A stretch of 64,000 nt of DNA from Gemmatimonadota bacterium (lineage in GTDB: Bacteria > Gemmatimonadota > Gemmatimonadetes > Gemmatimonadales > GWC2-71-9): positions 2,395 to 66,394 of the forward strand of contig JBGQIW010000003.1 of the NCBI GenBank assembly GCA_041498715.1, in the 5' to 3' direction. The position numbers were made by a program, and so were the translations under genes. The notes beneath the pieces are model-generated. The model ran no database searches. It saw only the letters and a list, made by a program, of their open reading frames with translations, and was not told the origin of the DNA. Shown here in pieces: positions 19,690 to 29,031 of this stretch (positions are counted from its first letter, which is position 1; every line of letters begins with the position of its first letter).

Positions 19690-20494
19690 CTTCCTCTCCC
19701 ATCACGAACTCGGCGCGGCGTTCCTCCGTCCTCCCCGCCAGCTCCACCGAAACCACCAGCGTGTACCGTCCCGGAGGCAGTCCGGCGAGGCTTACGTGGC
19801 CGTGCAGCGTGCTGCCGCCCGAGCGCACCTGCACCGGGACCGACCGCCAGCGGAGCGGGACGGCCCCGGCTGCGTCTTCCACCCGCACCGACATGGTGCC
19901 CGTGTCCTCGCGCTCACCCGCGGCGTACACCTCGAGCAGATAGTGGGCGGTGCTGCGCAGCGGTCCGAGACGGGGGACCGCCGCCACCGTCACCAGTGCC
20001 CCGCCTCGACGCAGCTCGCCGGCCTGGGGCACGCTGTCGCCGGCCGACGCGAGCCGGATGCCCGGAGAGAGCAGCAGGTCCGACACGCCCGGCTGGTGGT
20101 CGAACGCCTCGAGCTCGAGACCTGAGCGCGACTCGCGCCCCGTCACCCGATTCTTCACCGTGGCTTCGAGCCGGTACCGTCCCGGCGTTACCAGAAACTC
20201 GATCGTCTCGACCACGCACGGTCCCGAATGCCGCCCGGCCGGAACGGTCGCCTTCCACGCCTCGGCGCCAATGGTGCTCCCGGTCGAGTCGCTGATCCGG
20301 AAGGCCACCTGGTAGACGGAGCCGCTCGAGTCGACGACGGAGTAGGGGATTTCGAGGAAGACGGTGACCCGGGTGCGGCTGTGGTCGGCGCGGTAGAAGC
20401 GCACGGCACGGAGGGGCAGCTGGTCGCCGCTCTGGCGGACCGCCGGCCGGGAGGTGCTCGCGACGGCGAGCGCCGCGGCGAGGAGCAGGCGCAT
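19670..20494 (-). CDS. Secreted hypothetical protein with two Ig-like beta modules
   Basis: Signal-like N-terminus; repeated PGRYxL motif. Confidence 0.65.
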   Translation of the reverse strand: MRLLLAAALAVASTSRPAVRQSGDQLPLRAVRFYRADHSRTRVTVFLEIPYSVVDSSGSVYQVAFRISDSTGSTIGAEAWKATVPAGRHSGPCVVETIEFLVTPGRYRLEATVKNRVTGRESRSGLELEAFDHQPGVSDLLLSPGIRLASAGDSVPQAGELRRGGALVTVAAVPRLGPLRSTAHYLLEVYAAGEREDTGTMSVRVEDAAGAVPLRWRSVPVQVRSGGSTLHGHVSLAGLPPGRYTLVVSVELAGRTEERRAEFVMGEEAVTSDQ

Positions 20495-20498
20495 CGCC

Positions 20499-21671
20499 TC
20501 AGCCGCGCGGGGTGATCAGCTCTCGCTGCGGCTCGCGCGGAGTGACGACCGGGCCTTCGGGTCCCCAGAACATGTTCACCTCACTCCGGATGCCGAACTC
20601 GCCCGGCAGGTAGACACCGGGCTCGACAGAGAAGCCGATCCCCGGGCCCAGCAAGCGATCGTCGTGCGTCTCGTAGTCATCCAGATGAGGACCCGAGCCG
20701 TGGAGGTCCCGGTCGATCGAATGCCCGGTCCGGTGTACGAACCACTGGCCGAACCCGGCGCCCTCGATCACCGCCCGGGCGGCGCGGTCACCCTCGAACC
20801 CGGCGATCGGTCGGCCGGCGCGCGCGGCGTCGCGAATCGCTGCGATGGCCGCGTCCCGGGCGTCGCGCACCACGGTCCACACTTCCCTGACGCGGGCCGG
20901 CGGGTCGGTGCCGGCGAAGCCCATCCACGTCTGATCGGCGGAGACTCCTGCGTCCGGCGCCCCCCACAGATCCAGCAGCACTACCTGCCCCGCCGCGAGC
21001 GTCGCGTCCCGCCCCGCGATCGGCTCGTAATGCGGGGTCGCCGCGTTGGCGCCGAAGGCGACGATCGGCGGATGCTCGAACGCGAGCCCGTGCGAGCGCA
21101 ACGCCTCCACCACCCGCTCCTGCACCGCCGATTCCGTCGTCCCGGGCTCGCGAACCACCCGGGCCAGCTCGCTGCGGGCCACGGCGGCAATTGTCTCCGC
21201 CGCGGCGACGTGTCCGGCGATTTCAGCGGCATTCCAGCGTGCGGCAAAGCGGGAGACGAGCGGACCCGAGGGAACGACACGCGCGCCAAGGCGGCGGATC
21301 AGCTCCACGACACCGAATGGAACGCGGTCGAGATAGGGCACCGCGTCTTCGGGCGATATCTCCATCGCGAGCGTGCGTCCCGCGACCAGCGACGCGAGCG
21401 CCGCATGCAGCTCCTCCCAGCGGGCATAGGGCACTACGCGCCCGGGGAAGCCATCCACACCTTGCAGCTCGATCCGGTGCGCCACGGCGACCGGCTCGCC
21501 TTCGCGCGGCAACAGCACGAAGAGTCGCCGCGTCCCCATGCCGCCGACGCCGAGCACCCGTGCGGCCACGGGGTTGACCCCGCGGAAGTCGTACAGGAGC
21601 CACCCGTCCGCACCAGCCTCGTCCAGCGCCGCCCTGAGCGCCGTGCGGTCCACCCCCGCGAGCGGGCTCAC
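20499..21671 (-). CDS. M24 family Xaa-Pro aminopeptidase
   Basis: HRTGHSI, FSVEPGVY and GIRSE motifs; GTGA overlap start. Confidence 0.9.
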   Translation of the reverse strand: MSPLAGVDRTALRAALDEAGADGWLLYDFRGVNPVAARVLGVGGMGTRRLFVLLPREGEPVAVAHRIELQGVDGFPGRVVPYARWEELHAALASLVAGRTLAMEISPEDAVPYLDRVPFGVVELIRRLGARVVPSGPLVSRFAARWNAAEIAGHVAAAETIAAVARSELARVVREPGTTESAVQERVVEALRSHGLAFEHPPIVAFGANAATPHYEPIAGRDATLAAGQVVLLDLWGAPDAGVSADQTWMGFAGTDPPARVREVWTVVRDARDAAIAAIRDAARAGRPIAGFEGDRAARAVIEGAGFGQWFVHRTGHSIDRDLHGSGPHLDDYETHDDRLLGPGIGFSVEPGVYLPGEFGIRSEVNMFWGPEGPVVTPREPQRELITPRG

Positions 21672-22339
21672 TCGTAGTCTCCCGCGCGGTGGGCACGCCA
21701 GAGGCAGGCCTGATCGCCTCGCCCTTCGCAATGCTCGTGGACCATGGTGCCCTCGAAGCTGACGAGACTCCGCAGGAGCTCTCCGTAGGCGGCGCCGTAG
21801 AAGGCGCAGGCGCTGCCGTCGGGAATCGCGCTCACGGAGAGCGGGCGCAGCATGCGAACCTCCGGATCGGGTCCCTGGGCCAGCTCGCCGCGGAAGTAGG
21901 TCGCGGCCAGCCGCCGCGCGGCACGCCGGGCGAGCCGCTGGCCCAGCGCCGAGGGAGAGACCTTCACCAGTGCGCGGGACCCGCCGCTCGCCCGCACGGC
22001 GTAGCGCGCGGCGCGGCGGCCCGCATCGGCGAACACCAGCGGCGCGTCGGGCCGCCGGCCGACCAGCCGGAGCACCGAGACCAGCTCGTCCTCCGTGACG
22101 TTACCCTCCCGGTCGGCCGCCTGGCGGTAGCGATCGATCTGCGCCGCGACGGTGTCGCTCAGCCCGAGGCGGCGCGACACGATATCCTTCGCCATCACTT
22201 CGAGCCCGTCCTCGACCGGCGTGTCGAGGTTCCGGAGCGCTTCCAGCAGGCTCAAGGGGAGAAACGCGGGAATCGGTGGTGAGTCGGGCACGGGGGTGGG
22301 GGCGCGGGCGCGTCCAGACTGCGAGACGGGGCGGAACAT
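21668..22339 (-). CDS. Hypothetical protein with C-terminal V4R-like domain; start uncertain (22291 or 22339)
   Basis: C.FY.....L...H..C...GD..C.W pattern. Confidence 0.6.
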   Translation of the reverse strand: MFRPVSQSGRARAPTPVPDSPPIPAFLPLSLLEALRNLDTPVEDGLEVMAKDIVSRRLGLSDTVAAQIDRYRQAADREGNVTEDELVSVLRLVGRRPDAPLVFADAGRRAARYAVRASGGSRALVKVSPSALGQRLARRAARRLAATYFRGELAQGPDPEVRMLRPLSVSAIPDGSACAFYGAAYGELLRSLVSFEGTMVHEHCEGRGDQACLWRAHRAGDYE

Positions 22340-22405
22340 AGCCGGAGGACCGCAAGCCATCCAGGGGGTCCTTGCGCGAGGGGACTGGCCTGGGAACATT
22401 GCGGC

Positions 22406-22984
22406 ATGACCGACCCTGCACCCGACCGGAGTGCGTTCGAGGCGGAGGTCCTTCCGCAGCTCGACAGCCTCTACCGGCTGGCACTCCGGCTCACGACGGA
22501 CCCGAGCAGGGCGGAAGACCTGGTGCAGGACACGGTGCTCAAGGCCTTCCGCTCCTGGCAGCGCTTCCAGCCCGGAACCAACATCCGCAGCTGGCTGTTC
22601 ACGATCTTGCGGAACACGTTCATCAACGACTACCGCCGCCGGCAGCGGGAGCCGATCGCGATGGACTTAGACGCCGTCGAGCCGCATGCCGTCTCCCGGG
22701 CGGCGCAAGACGAGGACCCGGAGGGGGCGTTCTTCTCGCAGATCGTGGACGCCAAGGTCCTCGGCGCAATCGACGCACTGCCAGAGGAGTTTCGCGAGGT
22801 GCTGGTGCTGAGCGATATCGAGAACATGAGCTACGCGGACATCGCCGAGGTTCTCGGCGTCCCGGTGGGAACGGTCAAGTCGCGCCTGTTCCGCGCGCGC
22901 CGTCAGCTCCAGGGGGTGCTCTACGACCACGCTGTGGAAATGGGCTACATCAGGGCGCGAGATCGTGCGCCGGCCAAGCAGTAG
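22406..22984 (+). CDS. ECF sigma-70 factor (SigH/SigR-like)
   Basis: AEDLVQDT, FQPGTN..SWLFTILRN and GTVKSRLFRAR motifs. Confidence 0.93.
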   Translation: MTDPAPDRSAFEAEVLPQLDSLYRLALRLTTDPSRAEDLVQDTVLKAFRSWQRFQPGTNIRSWLFTILRNTFINDYRRRQREPIAMDLDAVEPHAVSRAAQDEDPEGAFFSQIVDAKVLGAIDALPEEFREVLVLSDIENMSYADIAEVLGVPVGTVKSRLFRARRQLQGVLYDHAVEMGYIRARDRAPAKQ

Positions 22985-23002
22985 CATGCGGGGGACGACC
23001 TG

Positions 23003-23248
23003 ATGGCGGGCGGACCGAACTGCCGCGAGGCATTGGCGCTCCTGCAGGACTACCTCAAGCAGGAGCTGACGCCCGAGCTCGAAGCCAAGATCACGAGCCA
23101 TATCCAGAAGTGCCGGCCGTGCTTCGCCAACCTCCAGTTCGAGCGCGGGTTCCTCGAAATGCTGGAGCGAAAGGCCAAAGGGCAGTGCTGCCCTGATCGG
23201 CTCCGCAACCGCATCCTCGCCGAGCTCCGCGACGCGCCCGACGCCTAG
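23003..23248 (+). CDS. Zinc-binding anti-sigma factor (zf-HC2/ZAS)
   Basis: N-terminal Cys plus HIQKCRPC (HxxxCxxC); adjacent to the ECF sigma. Confidence 0.88.
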   Translation: MAGGPNCREALALLQDYLKQELTPELEAKITSHIQKCRPCFANLQFERGFLEMLERKAKGQCCPDRLRNRILAELRDAPDA

Positions 23249-23268
23249 GGCGCGCGCCTTTCCACCAA

Positions 23269-24051
23269 GTGTCCACAGCGCTGGCCGTCGTGCTCGCCGC
23301 GGGGTTCGCGGCGGCGGGGTGGCGTGCCGGCGCCCTGACCGGGACGGGCGCCCTGGCGGCGACCCTCGTCGGCACAGCCGTCCTCACGAACGCCGGATGG
23401 CCGGGGGCGGCCGTCCTCGGCGCTTTCTTCGTCTCGAGCAGCGGGGTGTCCCGGGTCCGGCCCCCCGCGCCAGCCGTGGGCGACGCCAAGGGAGACCGCC
23501 GCGACCACTGGCAAGTCCTCGCCAACGGTGGCCCGGCTGCCCTGGGCGCGCTGCTCGCGCGCGACCAGCCAACCCTCGCGCTCTGGACCACGACTGCCAG
23601 CCTGGCGGCAGCGGCGGCCGACACCTGGGCCACCTCGATCGGTGCATGGAGCCGATCCATGCCGCGTCACCTGCTCACCTGGCGGCCGGTACCTCCCGGC
23701 ACGAGCGGGGGCATCACGCCGTACGGTTGCCTGGGGGCTGCTGGCGGCGCCCTGCTGGTGGCCGGCACAGGAGCGTTGGCCGGTCACGATCCGCGGCTCT
23801 GGGCTCTCGCTGCAATAGGTTTCGGGGGGATGGTCGTCGACTCGGCCCTCGGCGCCACCGCGCAGGGCCGCTTTCGCTGCGGGGCGTGCGGCGAACCCTC
23901 GGAGTGGCGGGTTCACCGCTGCGGCGCGGTCACGATCCGCGAAGGAGGCTGGCATTGGCTGGACAACGATGGGGTGAACGCTCTCGCCACCACGCTCGCC
24001 GCGCTGGCCGGCTGGGTCTCATGGGCATGGCTCTCGGCCGGGTGGCGCTAG
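23269..24051 (+). CDS. DUF92 (TMEM19-like) membrane protein
   Basis: RD..QVLANGG, ADTWATSIG, PPGTSGGIT, DS.LGA..Q and NDGVN motifs. Confidence 0.88.
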   Translation: MSTALAVVLAAGFAAAGWRAGALTGTGALAATLVGTAVLTNAGWPGAAVLGAFFVSSSGVSRVRPPAPAVGDAKGDRRDHWQVLANGGPAALGALLARDQPTLALWTTTASLAAAAADTWATSIGAWSRSMPRHLLTWRPVPPGTSGGITPYGCLGAAGGALLVAGTGALAGHDPRLWALAAIGFGGMVVDSALGATAQGRFRCGACGEPSEWRVHRCGAVTIREGGWHWLDNDGVNALATTLAALAGWVSWAWLSAGWR

Positions 24052-24110
24052 CCGGGAGCTTCAGCCCCACCCCTACGGCCGATGCGACCACCGGCGGGCT
24101 GGCGTGATCG

Positions 24111-25328
24111 ATGAGTGCCCTTCTGGCCGACGTGCTGATCGTGGGAGCCGGGCCGGCGGGCAGCGCCAGCGCGGCGCTGCTCGCCCGGCGCGGCCTCGAG
24201 GTCGTGGTGATCGACCGGGCCGCGTTCCCCCGGGACAAGGCGTGCTCCGAGTACCTGAGCCCCGAGGGGGTCCGGGTGCTCGAGCGCCTCGGTGTCGTTG
24301 GCGATCTCGAGCGCGCAGGCGCGCGCGCGCTCGCCGGAACAGTCGTGCGGGGCCCGCGAGGCGCGCGACTGCACGGCCTCTTCGCCGAAGCCCGCCCGGT
24401 CCCCGGTCGCGTCACGGGCCTCTCCGTGCCGCGGTCGGTGCTCGACGCCCGGCTGGTCGCTGCCGCCCGCGACGCCGGGGCTCGGGTGCTCGAGCGGACG
24501 GTGCTGGAGGAGCTGCTGTATGAGGATGCCGCGGTGGCAGGCGCCGTCGTCCGCGGACCCGAAGGCCGGCGCCTCATCCGCGCACGGCTCACCATCGGCG
24601 CCGACGGGCTCCGCTCGCTGGTAGCCCGACGCCTCGGCGTGCGGGGGAGCGGTGGTCGTCCTCGGCGGTTCGCATTCGTCGCGCATGTCGAAGGCGTCCC
24701 GGATCTTGCCGACTCGGCCGAGATGCATGTCGCAGCGGACGGGTACGTCGGGCTCAACCAGGTGGGCCAGGACCTTGCCAACGTGGCGCTCGTGGTCCCG
24801 GCGGCGCTGTTAGCCGCGGCCCGTGGCCGCGCGGCCGACTTCTTCTTCGAGCGATTGGAACGGTTCCCCGGCGTGCGAGGCCGCGTGGACCGCAGCCGCA
24901 TCCGCCGCGGCCTGCTCACGACCGGGCCCTTCGCGGCGTGGTCGCGCCGCACGATTGCACCCGGCGCTCTTCTCGTGGGCGATGCGGCCGATTTCTTCGA
25001 CCCGTTCACGGGCGAGGGAATTTGTGCGGCGCTACGCGGGTCGGAGCTGGTAGCAGAGCATGCGGGCGCAGCGCTCGAGACGCCGGGAACTGTGGACGTC
25101 CGGCGGCTCGAGCCGTATGCCGCCGCGCGCCGCCGCGCGTTCGCCGGGAAATGGGCGGTGGAAAGATTGATCGGTTACGCCATGGCGTGGCCCGCGCTCT
25201 TCGACCGCGCCGTCGAGCGGCTCGGGCGGCGGGAGGGCATGGCCCACACCCTCATCGGGGTCACCGGTGACTTGATACCGGCCAGCGCGGTTCTGAACCC
25301 CGTGTTTCTCGCCCGGATGGTCCTGTGA
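24111..25328 (+). CDS. FAD-dependent oxidoreductase (geranylgeranyl reductase/FixC-like family)
   Basis: GAGPAGS, FPRDKACSE, GADG and GDAA.FFDPFTGEGI motifs. Confidence 0.88.
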   Translation: MSALLADVLIVGAGPAGSASAALLARRGLEVVVIDRAAFPRDKACSEYLSPEGVRVLERLGVVGDLERAGARALAGTVVRGPRGARLHGLFAEARPVPGRVTGLSVPRSVLDARLVAAARDAGARVLERTVLEELLYEDAAVAGAVVRGPEGRRLIRARLTIGADGLRSLVARRLGVRGSGGRPRRFAFVAHVEGVPDLADSAEMHVAADGYVGLNQVGQDLANVALVVPAALLAAARGRAADFFFERLERFPGVRGRVDRSRIRRGLLTTGPFAAWSRRTIAPGALLVGDAADFFDPFTGEGICAALRGSELVAEHAGAALETPGTVDVRRLEPYAAARRRAFAGKWAVERLIGYAMAWPALFDRAVERLGRREGMAHTLIGVTGDLIPASAVLNPVFLARMVL

Positions 25329-25807
25329 GCATGCCCGACGTGGACGATGCCCAGTTCCGCCAGCTGCTTGGGCGCTTTGCGACGGGCGTCGTGGTGATCA
25401 CCGTGACCGCCCCCGACGGCCGGCCCCACGGCATGACCGCGAACAGCCTCGCCTCCGTCTCACTGCGGCCGCCGCTGGTCTCGCTTGCCGTCGATCACCT
25501 GGCCGAGCTGCACGGGCTCATCACCCGGCTCGACGTGTTCGTCGCCAACGTCCTCTCGAGCCACCAGGAAGCCCTCTCACGGCGCTTCGCGGACCCGCAC
25601 GACGACCGGTTCGACGGCGTGGGCTATTCCGTGAGCCGGAACGGCGGCATCCTGCTGGACGGAGTCCTCGCCCACATCGAGTGCGTGCGCCACGCCCAGA
25701 TGGAGGCGGGCGACCACACCATCGTGATCGGCCGGGTCGTGGGCGGTGCGACCCGCGACGGCCGGCCGCTCCTGTACTACCGCGGCGGCTACGGGACGCT
25801 GGGGTGA
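25325..25807 (+). CDS. Flavin reductase family protein
   Basis: FATGVVVIT, GMTANS..SVSL.PPL, GDH and PLLYYRG motifs. Confidence 0.92.
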   Translation: MSMPDVDDAQFRQLLGRFATGVVVITVTAPDGRPHGMTANSLASVSLRPPLVSLAVDHLAELHGLITRLDVFVANVLSSHQEALSRRFADPHDDRFDGVGYSVSRNGGILLDGVLAHIECVRHAQMEAGDHTIVIGRVVGGATRDGRPLLYYRGGYGTLG

Positions 25808-26508
25808 CCGACGTGCCACTCGCCACGCGCCGGCTCGGCGCCGAGCTGTTCGACGACGCCTCCGGAAGCCCAGCGGCAGTGGAGTTGTCCCTCCGCAACA
25901 TCGCCCGCGCCAACCGCTGGTTCGGCGGAACGGCTGCGCTGTGCTGGGGCCTGGGACGGGCCCTTCGCGGCGTTCCCGCCGGGACCCGGGTCACGCTGCT
26001 CGACGTCGGCACCGGCCTGGGCGATGTTCCCCGGGCGGCCGCGGCGTGGGGCGCGCGGCACGGTATCCACTTGGCGCCGTTCGGGCTCGAGCGCCACCCG
26101 GTGGCCGCCCGGCTCGCCGCCGCGCGCGGGCTGCCGACCGTGGTCGGCTGCGCCGGCGCCCCTCCCGTGTCCGAGAAGAGCGTGGACGTCGTCTCCGTCT
26201 GCATGGTCGCGCATCACTATGAGCCGGACTCCGTCGTCGAGCTGTTCCGCACCTGCGACCGGCTCGCCCGCCGGGCCGTCGTCGTCGCGGACCTGCTGCG
26301 CTCTCCGGTGGCCGCCGCCGCCTGGTGGTGGGGCTCCCGCGCGCTCGGGTTCGATCCGGTGACGATCGAGGACGGCAGGACGTCCATCCGGCGCGGCTTC
26401 ACGACCGGGGAGCTGACGCGGCTGCTCGTGGCGGCGGGCGTGTCGGCCGTGGTGGCGCGCCGCCCAGGCTGGCGGCTGGTCGCGCTCTGGGCACCAGGCA
26501 CAGCCTGA
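25804..26508 (+). CDS. SAM-dependent methyltransferase domain protein
   Basis: LLDVGTGLGD motif I, DG..SIRRGFT; GTGA overlap start. Confidence 0.82.
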   Translation: MTDVPLATRRLGAELFDDASGSPAAVELSLRNIARANRWFGGTAALCWGLGRALRGVPAGTRVTLLDVGTGLGDVPRAAAAWGARHGIHLAPFGLERHPVAARLAAARGLPTVVGCAGAPPVSEKSVDVVSVCMVAHHYEPDSVVELFRTCDRLARRAVVVADLLRSPVAAAAWWWGSRALGFDPVTIEDGRTSIRRGFTTGELTRLLVAAGVSAVVARRPGWRLVALWAPGTA

Positions 26509-26969
26509 TGCGCACCGAAGACCGGCTCTTCATGCGGGCCCCGGTTGCCCGGGTCTTCCAGGCGGCCGCGAACGTGGAGCGGTGGCCCGAGCTGCTGAGC
26601 CACTATCGGTGGGTACGGATGCTCGAGCGGCGGGGCGACGGTGGAATCGTGGAGATGGCCGCGTGGCGCCCGTTCGGGCCGCTCCGGTATCCCACGTGGT
26701 GGGTGTCGGAAATGTGGGTTGACGCAACCAGGCCCGCCGTGCGCTACCGGCACGTGCGCGGCATCACCGCCGGCATGGACGTCGAATGGCGCCTGGAGCC
26801 GGCTTTCGAAGGGACCGACGTGACGATCGTGCACGAGTGGAGCGGGCCGGGCTGGCCCCTGATCAGCCGGCCCGCGGCCGAGTGGGTGATCGGGCCGGTA
26901 TTCGTTCAGGGAATCGCATCGCGCACGCTCGCGGGAATCCGGCGCGAGGTGGAGCGGGCCGATGCCTGA
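26508..26969 (+). CDS. SRPBCC/START-fold polyketide cyclase/aromatase-like protein
   Basis: RAPVARVF....VERWPELL..Y; WVSEM; GMDVEWRLEP. Confidence 0.8.
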   Translation: MRTEDRLFMRAPVARVFQAAANVERWPELLSHYRWVRMLERRGDGGIVEMAAWRPFGPLRYPTWWVSEMWVDATRPAVRYRHVRGITAGMDVEWRLEPAFEGTDVTIVHEWSGPGWPLISRPAAEWVIGPVFVQGIASRTLAGIRREVERADA

Positions 26970-28206
26970 GCCGCGGCGCGTGGTGGTGACCGGCATCGGC
27001 GCGATCACGCCGATCGGCACCGGTGTCGCGGGGCTCTGGAGCGGGCTGCGCGAGCGTCGCTCGGCGGTGCAGTGCGTCACGCGCTTCGACCCAACTCCAT
27101 TCAAGAGCCGGATCGCCGCCCAGGTGAACGACTTCGTCGCCACCGACCATCTCGAGGAGCGCCGGGCTCGGCGGCTGGACCGCTTCGGCCATTTTACCGT
27201 CGCCGCAGCCCGGCTGGCCCTCGCCTACTCGAGCCTCGACCTCGCCCGCGAGAATCCCGACCTCGTCGGCGCGATGATGGGGACCGCGCTCGGCGGTGTG
27301 GCGTTCGCCGAGCACCAGTACCGGGAATATCTCCAGGGCGGGCCCAGGGCGGTGGATCCAACGCTGGCGCTCACAGTCTTCGCCGGCGCGGCCAGCTGCA
27401 ACGTGGCGATCGAGTTCGGGATCAGCGGCCCGAACTCGACCAACGGCATGAGTTGCGCCTCGGGCACCATCGCCATCGGCGAGGCCTTCCGCACGATCGT
27501 CCGCGGCGAGGCCGACACGATGCTGGCGGGAGCGTCGGAGGCGCCGCTTGCGCCGCTCTGCTTCGGCGCGTTCGCGATCATCCGCGCCATGTCCACCAGG
27601 AACGACGACCCGGGCCGCGCCAGCCGCCCCTTCGACCGGGGGCGTGACGGGTTCGTGATGGGCGAGGGCGCCGCCCTGCTCGTCCTGGAAGAGCGGAGCC
27701 GCGCGCTCGCCCGGGGCGCTCCGGTGTACGCGGAGATCTGTGGTTACGGCCTGAGCAACGACGCGTACCACATGACCGCCCCCCGCCCGGACGGGCGCCA
27801 GGCGGCGCGCGCCATGCAGCTCGCGCTTCGAGAGGCGCGCGTCGCGCCGACGGACATCGGGTACATCAACGCGCACGGCTCCTCCACGCCGCTCAACGAC
27901 CCGACCGAGACGTCCTCCATCAAGCAGGTCTTTGGCGACCACGCGTACCGGGTGCCGCTCAGCGGCACGAAGGGGTACTACGGCCACGCCCTGGGCGCGA
28001 GCGGCGCCATCGAGGCCGCCATCTGCGCGCTGTCCCTCCGCCACGGCTGGCTGCCGCCTACGGTCAACCTGGAGAGTCCCGATCCCGCCTGCGACCTGGA
28101 TTACATCCGGGACGACGGCCGGGACGCGAGACCAGAGTTCATGCTGAGCAATTCGTTCGGGTTCGGGGGGATCAACGCGAGCCTGGTGTTCCGCCGGCCG
28201 GAGTGA
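26962..28206 (+). CDS. Beta-ketoacyl synthase (FabF/KS-alpha family)
   Basis: SCASG, NAHGSST and GHALGA (Cys-His-His intact); RPFD..RDGFVMGEG; SNSFGFGG. Confidence 0.92.
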   Translation: MPEPRRVVVTGIGAITPIGTGVAGLWSGLRERRSAVQCVTRFDPTPFKSRIAAQVNDFVATDHLEERRARRLDRFGHFTVAAARLALAYSSLDLARENPDLVGAMMGTALGGVAFAEHQYREYLQGGPRAVDPTLALTVFAGAASCNVAIEFGISGPNSTNGMSCASGTIAIGEAFRTIVRGEADTMLAGASEAPLAPLCFGAFAIIRAMSTRNDDPGRASRPFDRGRDGFVMGEGAALLVLEERSRALARGAPVYAEICGYGLSNDAYHMTAPRPDGRQAARAMQLALREARVAPTDIGYINAHGSSTPLNDPTETSSIKQVFGDHAYRVPLSGTKGYYGHALGASGAIEAAICALSLRHGWLPPTVNLESPDPACDLDYIRDDGRDARPEFMLSNSFGFGGINASLVFRRPE

Positions 28207-28217
28207 GGCGCCCTCTC

Positions 28218-28328
28218 TCACTTCCTCGCTTTGCGCAGCAAGCTCACGAAATAGAGCAGCAGGATGAGCGCCGCCACGACGTATGCCGCGACGGCGTAGC
28301 CGCCGTTGGCCGGAGGCTCAGCCGGCAT
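28218..28328 (-). CDS. ccmD: CcmD-like small membrane protein (36 aa, not in ORF track)
   Basis: MPAEPPANGGYAVAAYVVAALILLLYFVSLLRKARK: Y..AAY, single TM, basic tail; overlaps the ccmC stop. Confidence 0.75.
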   Translation of the reverse strand: MPAEPPANGGYAVAAYVVAALILLLYFVSLLRKARK

Positions 28329-29031
28329 CGTGAGCCTCCCGGGCCTCGGCCGCGAGGCCGATGCCGTAGCGCAGCGTCACCAAGCCGACGTAGAGGAGGG
28401 TGAACATCAGGGTCGAGACGAGCAGCGTGCGCAGCATCTCCCAGGGCAACGACGGCGCACTCGGCTTGAGGACGATCGGCTGCGGGTGCAGCGTGCGGAA
28501 GAGGTAGACGCTCAGGTGCACGAAGGGCACGAGGACGAGGCCCATGATCCCCACCACGGCGCTGAACCGCGCCCGCTCGCGCCGGTCGTGCAGGGCGCCG
28601 CGGAGCGAGAGATACCCCACGAAGAGGAAGAACAGAAACAGGGTGAGCGTGAGGCGCGCGTCCCAGGTCCACCAGGTGCCCCAGATCGGCTTGGCCCAGA
28701 TCGGCCCGGTCGTGAGCATCACCGCCGCGAACACCACACCCACCTCGGCCGAGGAGGCGGCGAAGCGGTCGAGCCGCGGGTCCTCGAGCCAGAGGTAGAG
28801 CACGCTCACGATCCCGACGAGCGAGAACGCGAGCAACGCGCTCCAGGCCGCCGGCACGTGCAAATAGAAGATCTTCTGCGCCACGCCCTGGCGCGCCTCG
28901 ATCGGAGTGAACGCCGCCGCCAGGACGTACACCCCGGCGATGCCGAGCAGGGCGATCGTGCTGAGGACGGTCCCGCGCCGGATGACGGCGCGGGCGCGAT
29001 CCAGGCCGGGCGGCGGCACGGCGGCGGTCAT
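28318..29031 (-). CDS. ccmC: Heme exporter protein C
   Basis: IFYLHVP, GPIWAKPIWGTWWTWDARLT (WWD) and RTLHPQ motifs. Confidence 0.93.
   Translation of the reverse strand: MTAAVPPPGLDRARAVIRRGTVLSTIALLGIAGVYVLAAAFTPIEARQGVAQKIFYLHVPAAWSALLAFSLVGIVSVLYLWLEDPRLDRFAASSAEVGVVFAAVMLTTGPIWAKPIWGTWWTWDARLTLTLFLFFLFVGYLSLRGALHDRRERARFSAVVGIMGLVLVPFVHLSVYLFRTLHPQPIVLKPSAPSLPWEMLRTLLVSTLMFTLLYVGLVTLRYGIGLAAEAREAHDAG

Noticed and set aside
22330..22405. GGAAC motifs upstream of the ECF sigma as an autoregulatory promoter
   Set aside because: No convincing -10 (GTT/GTC) at the expected spacing.
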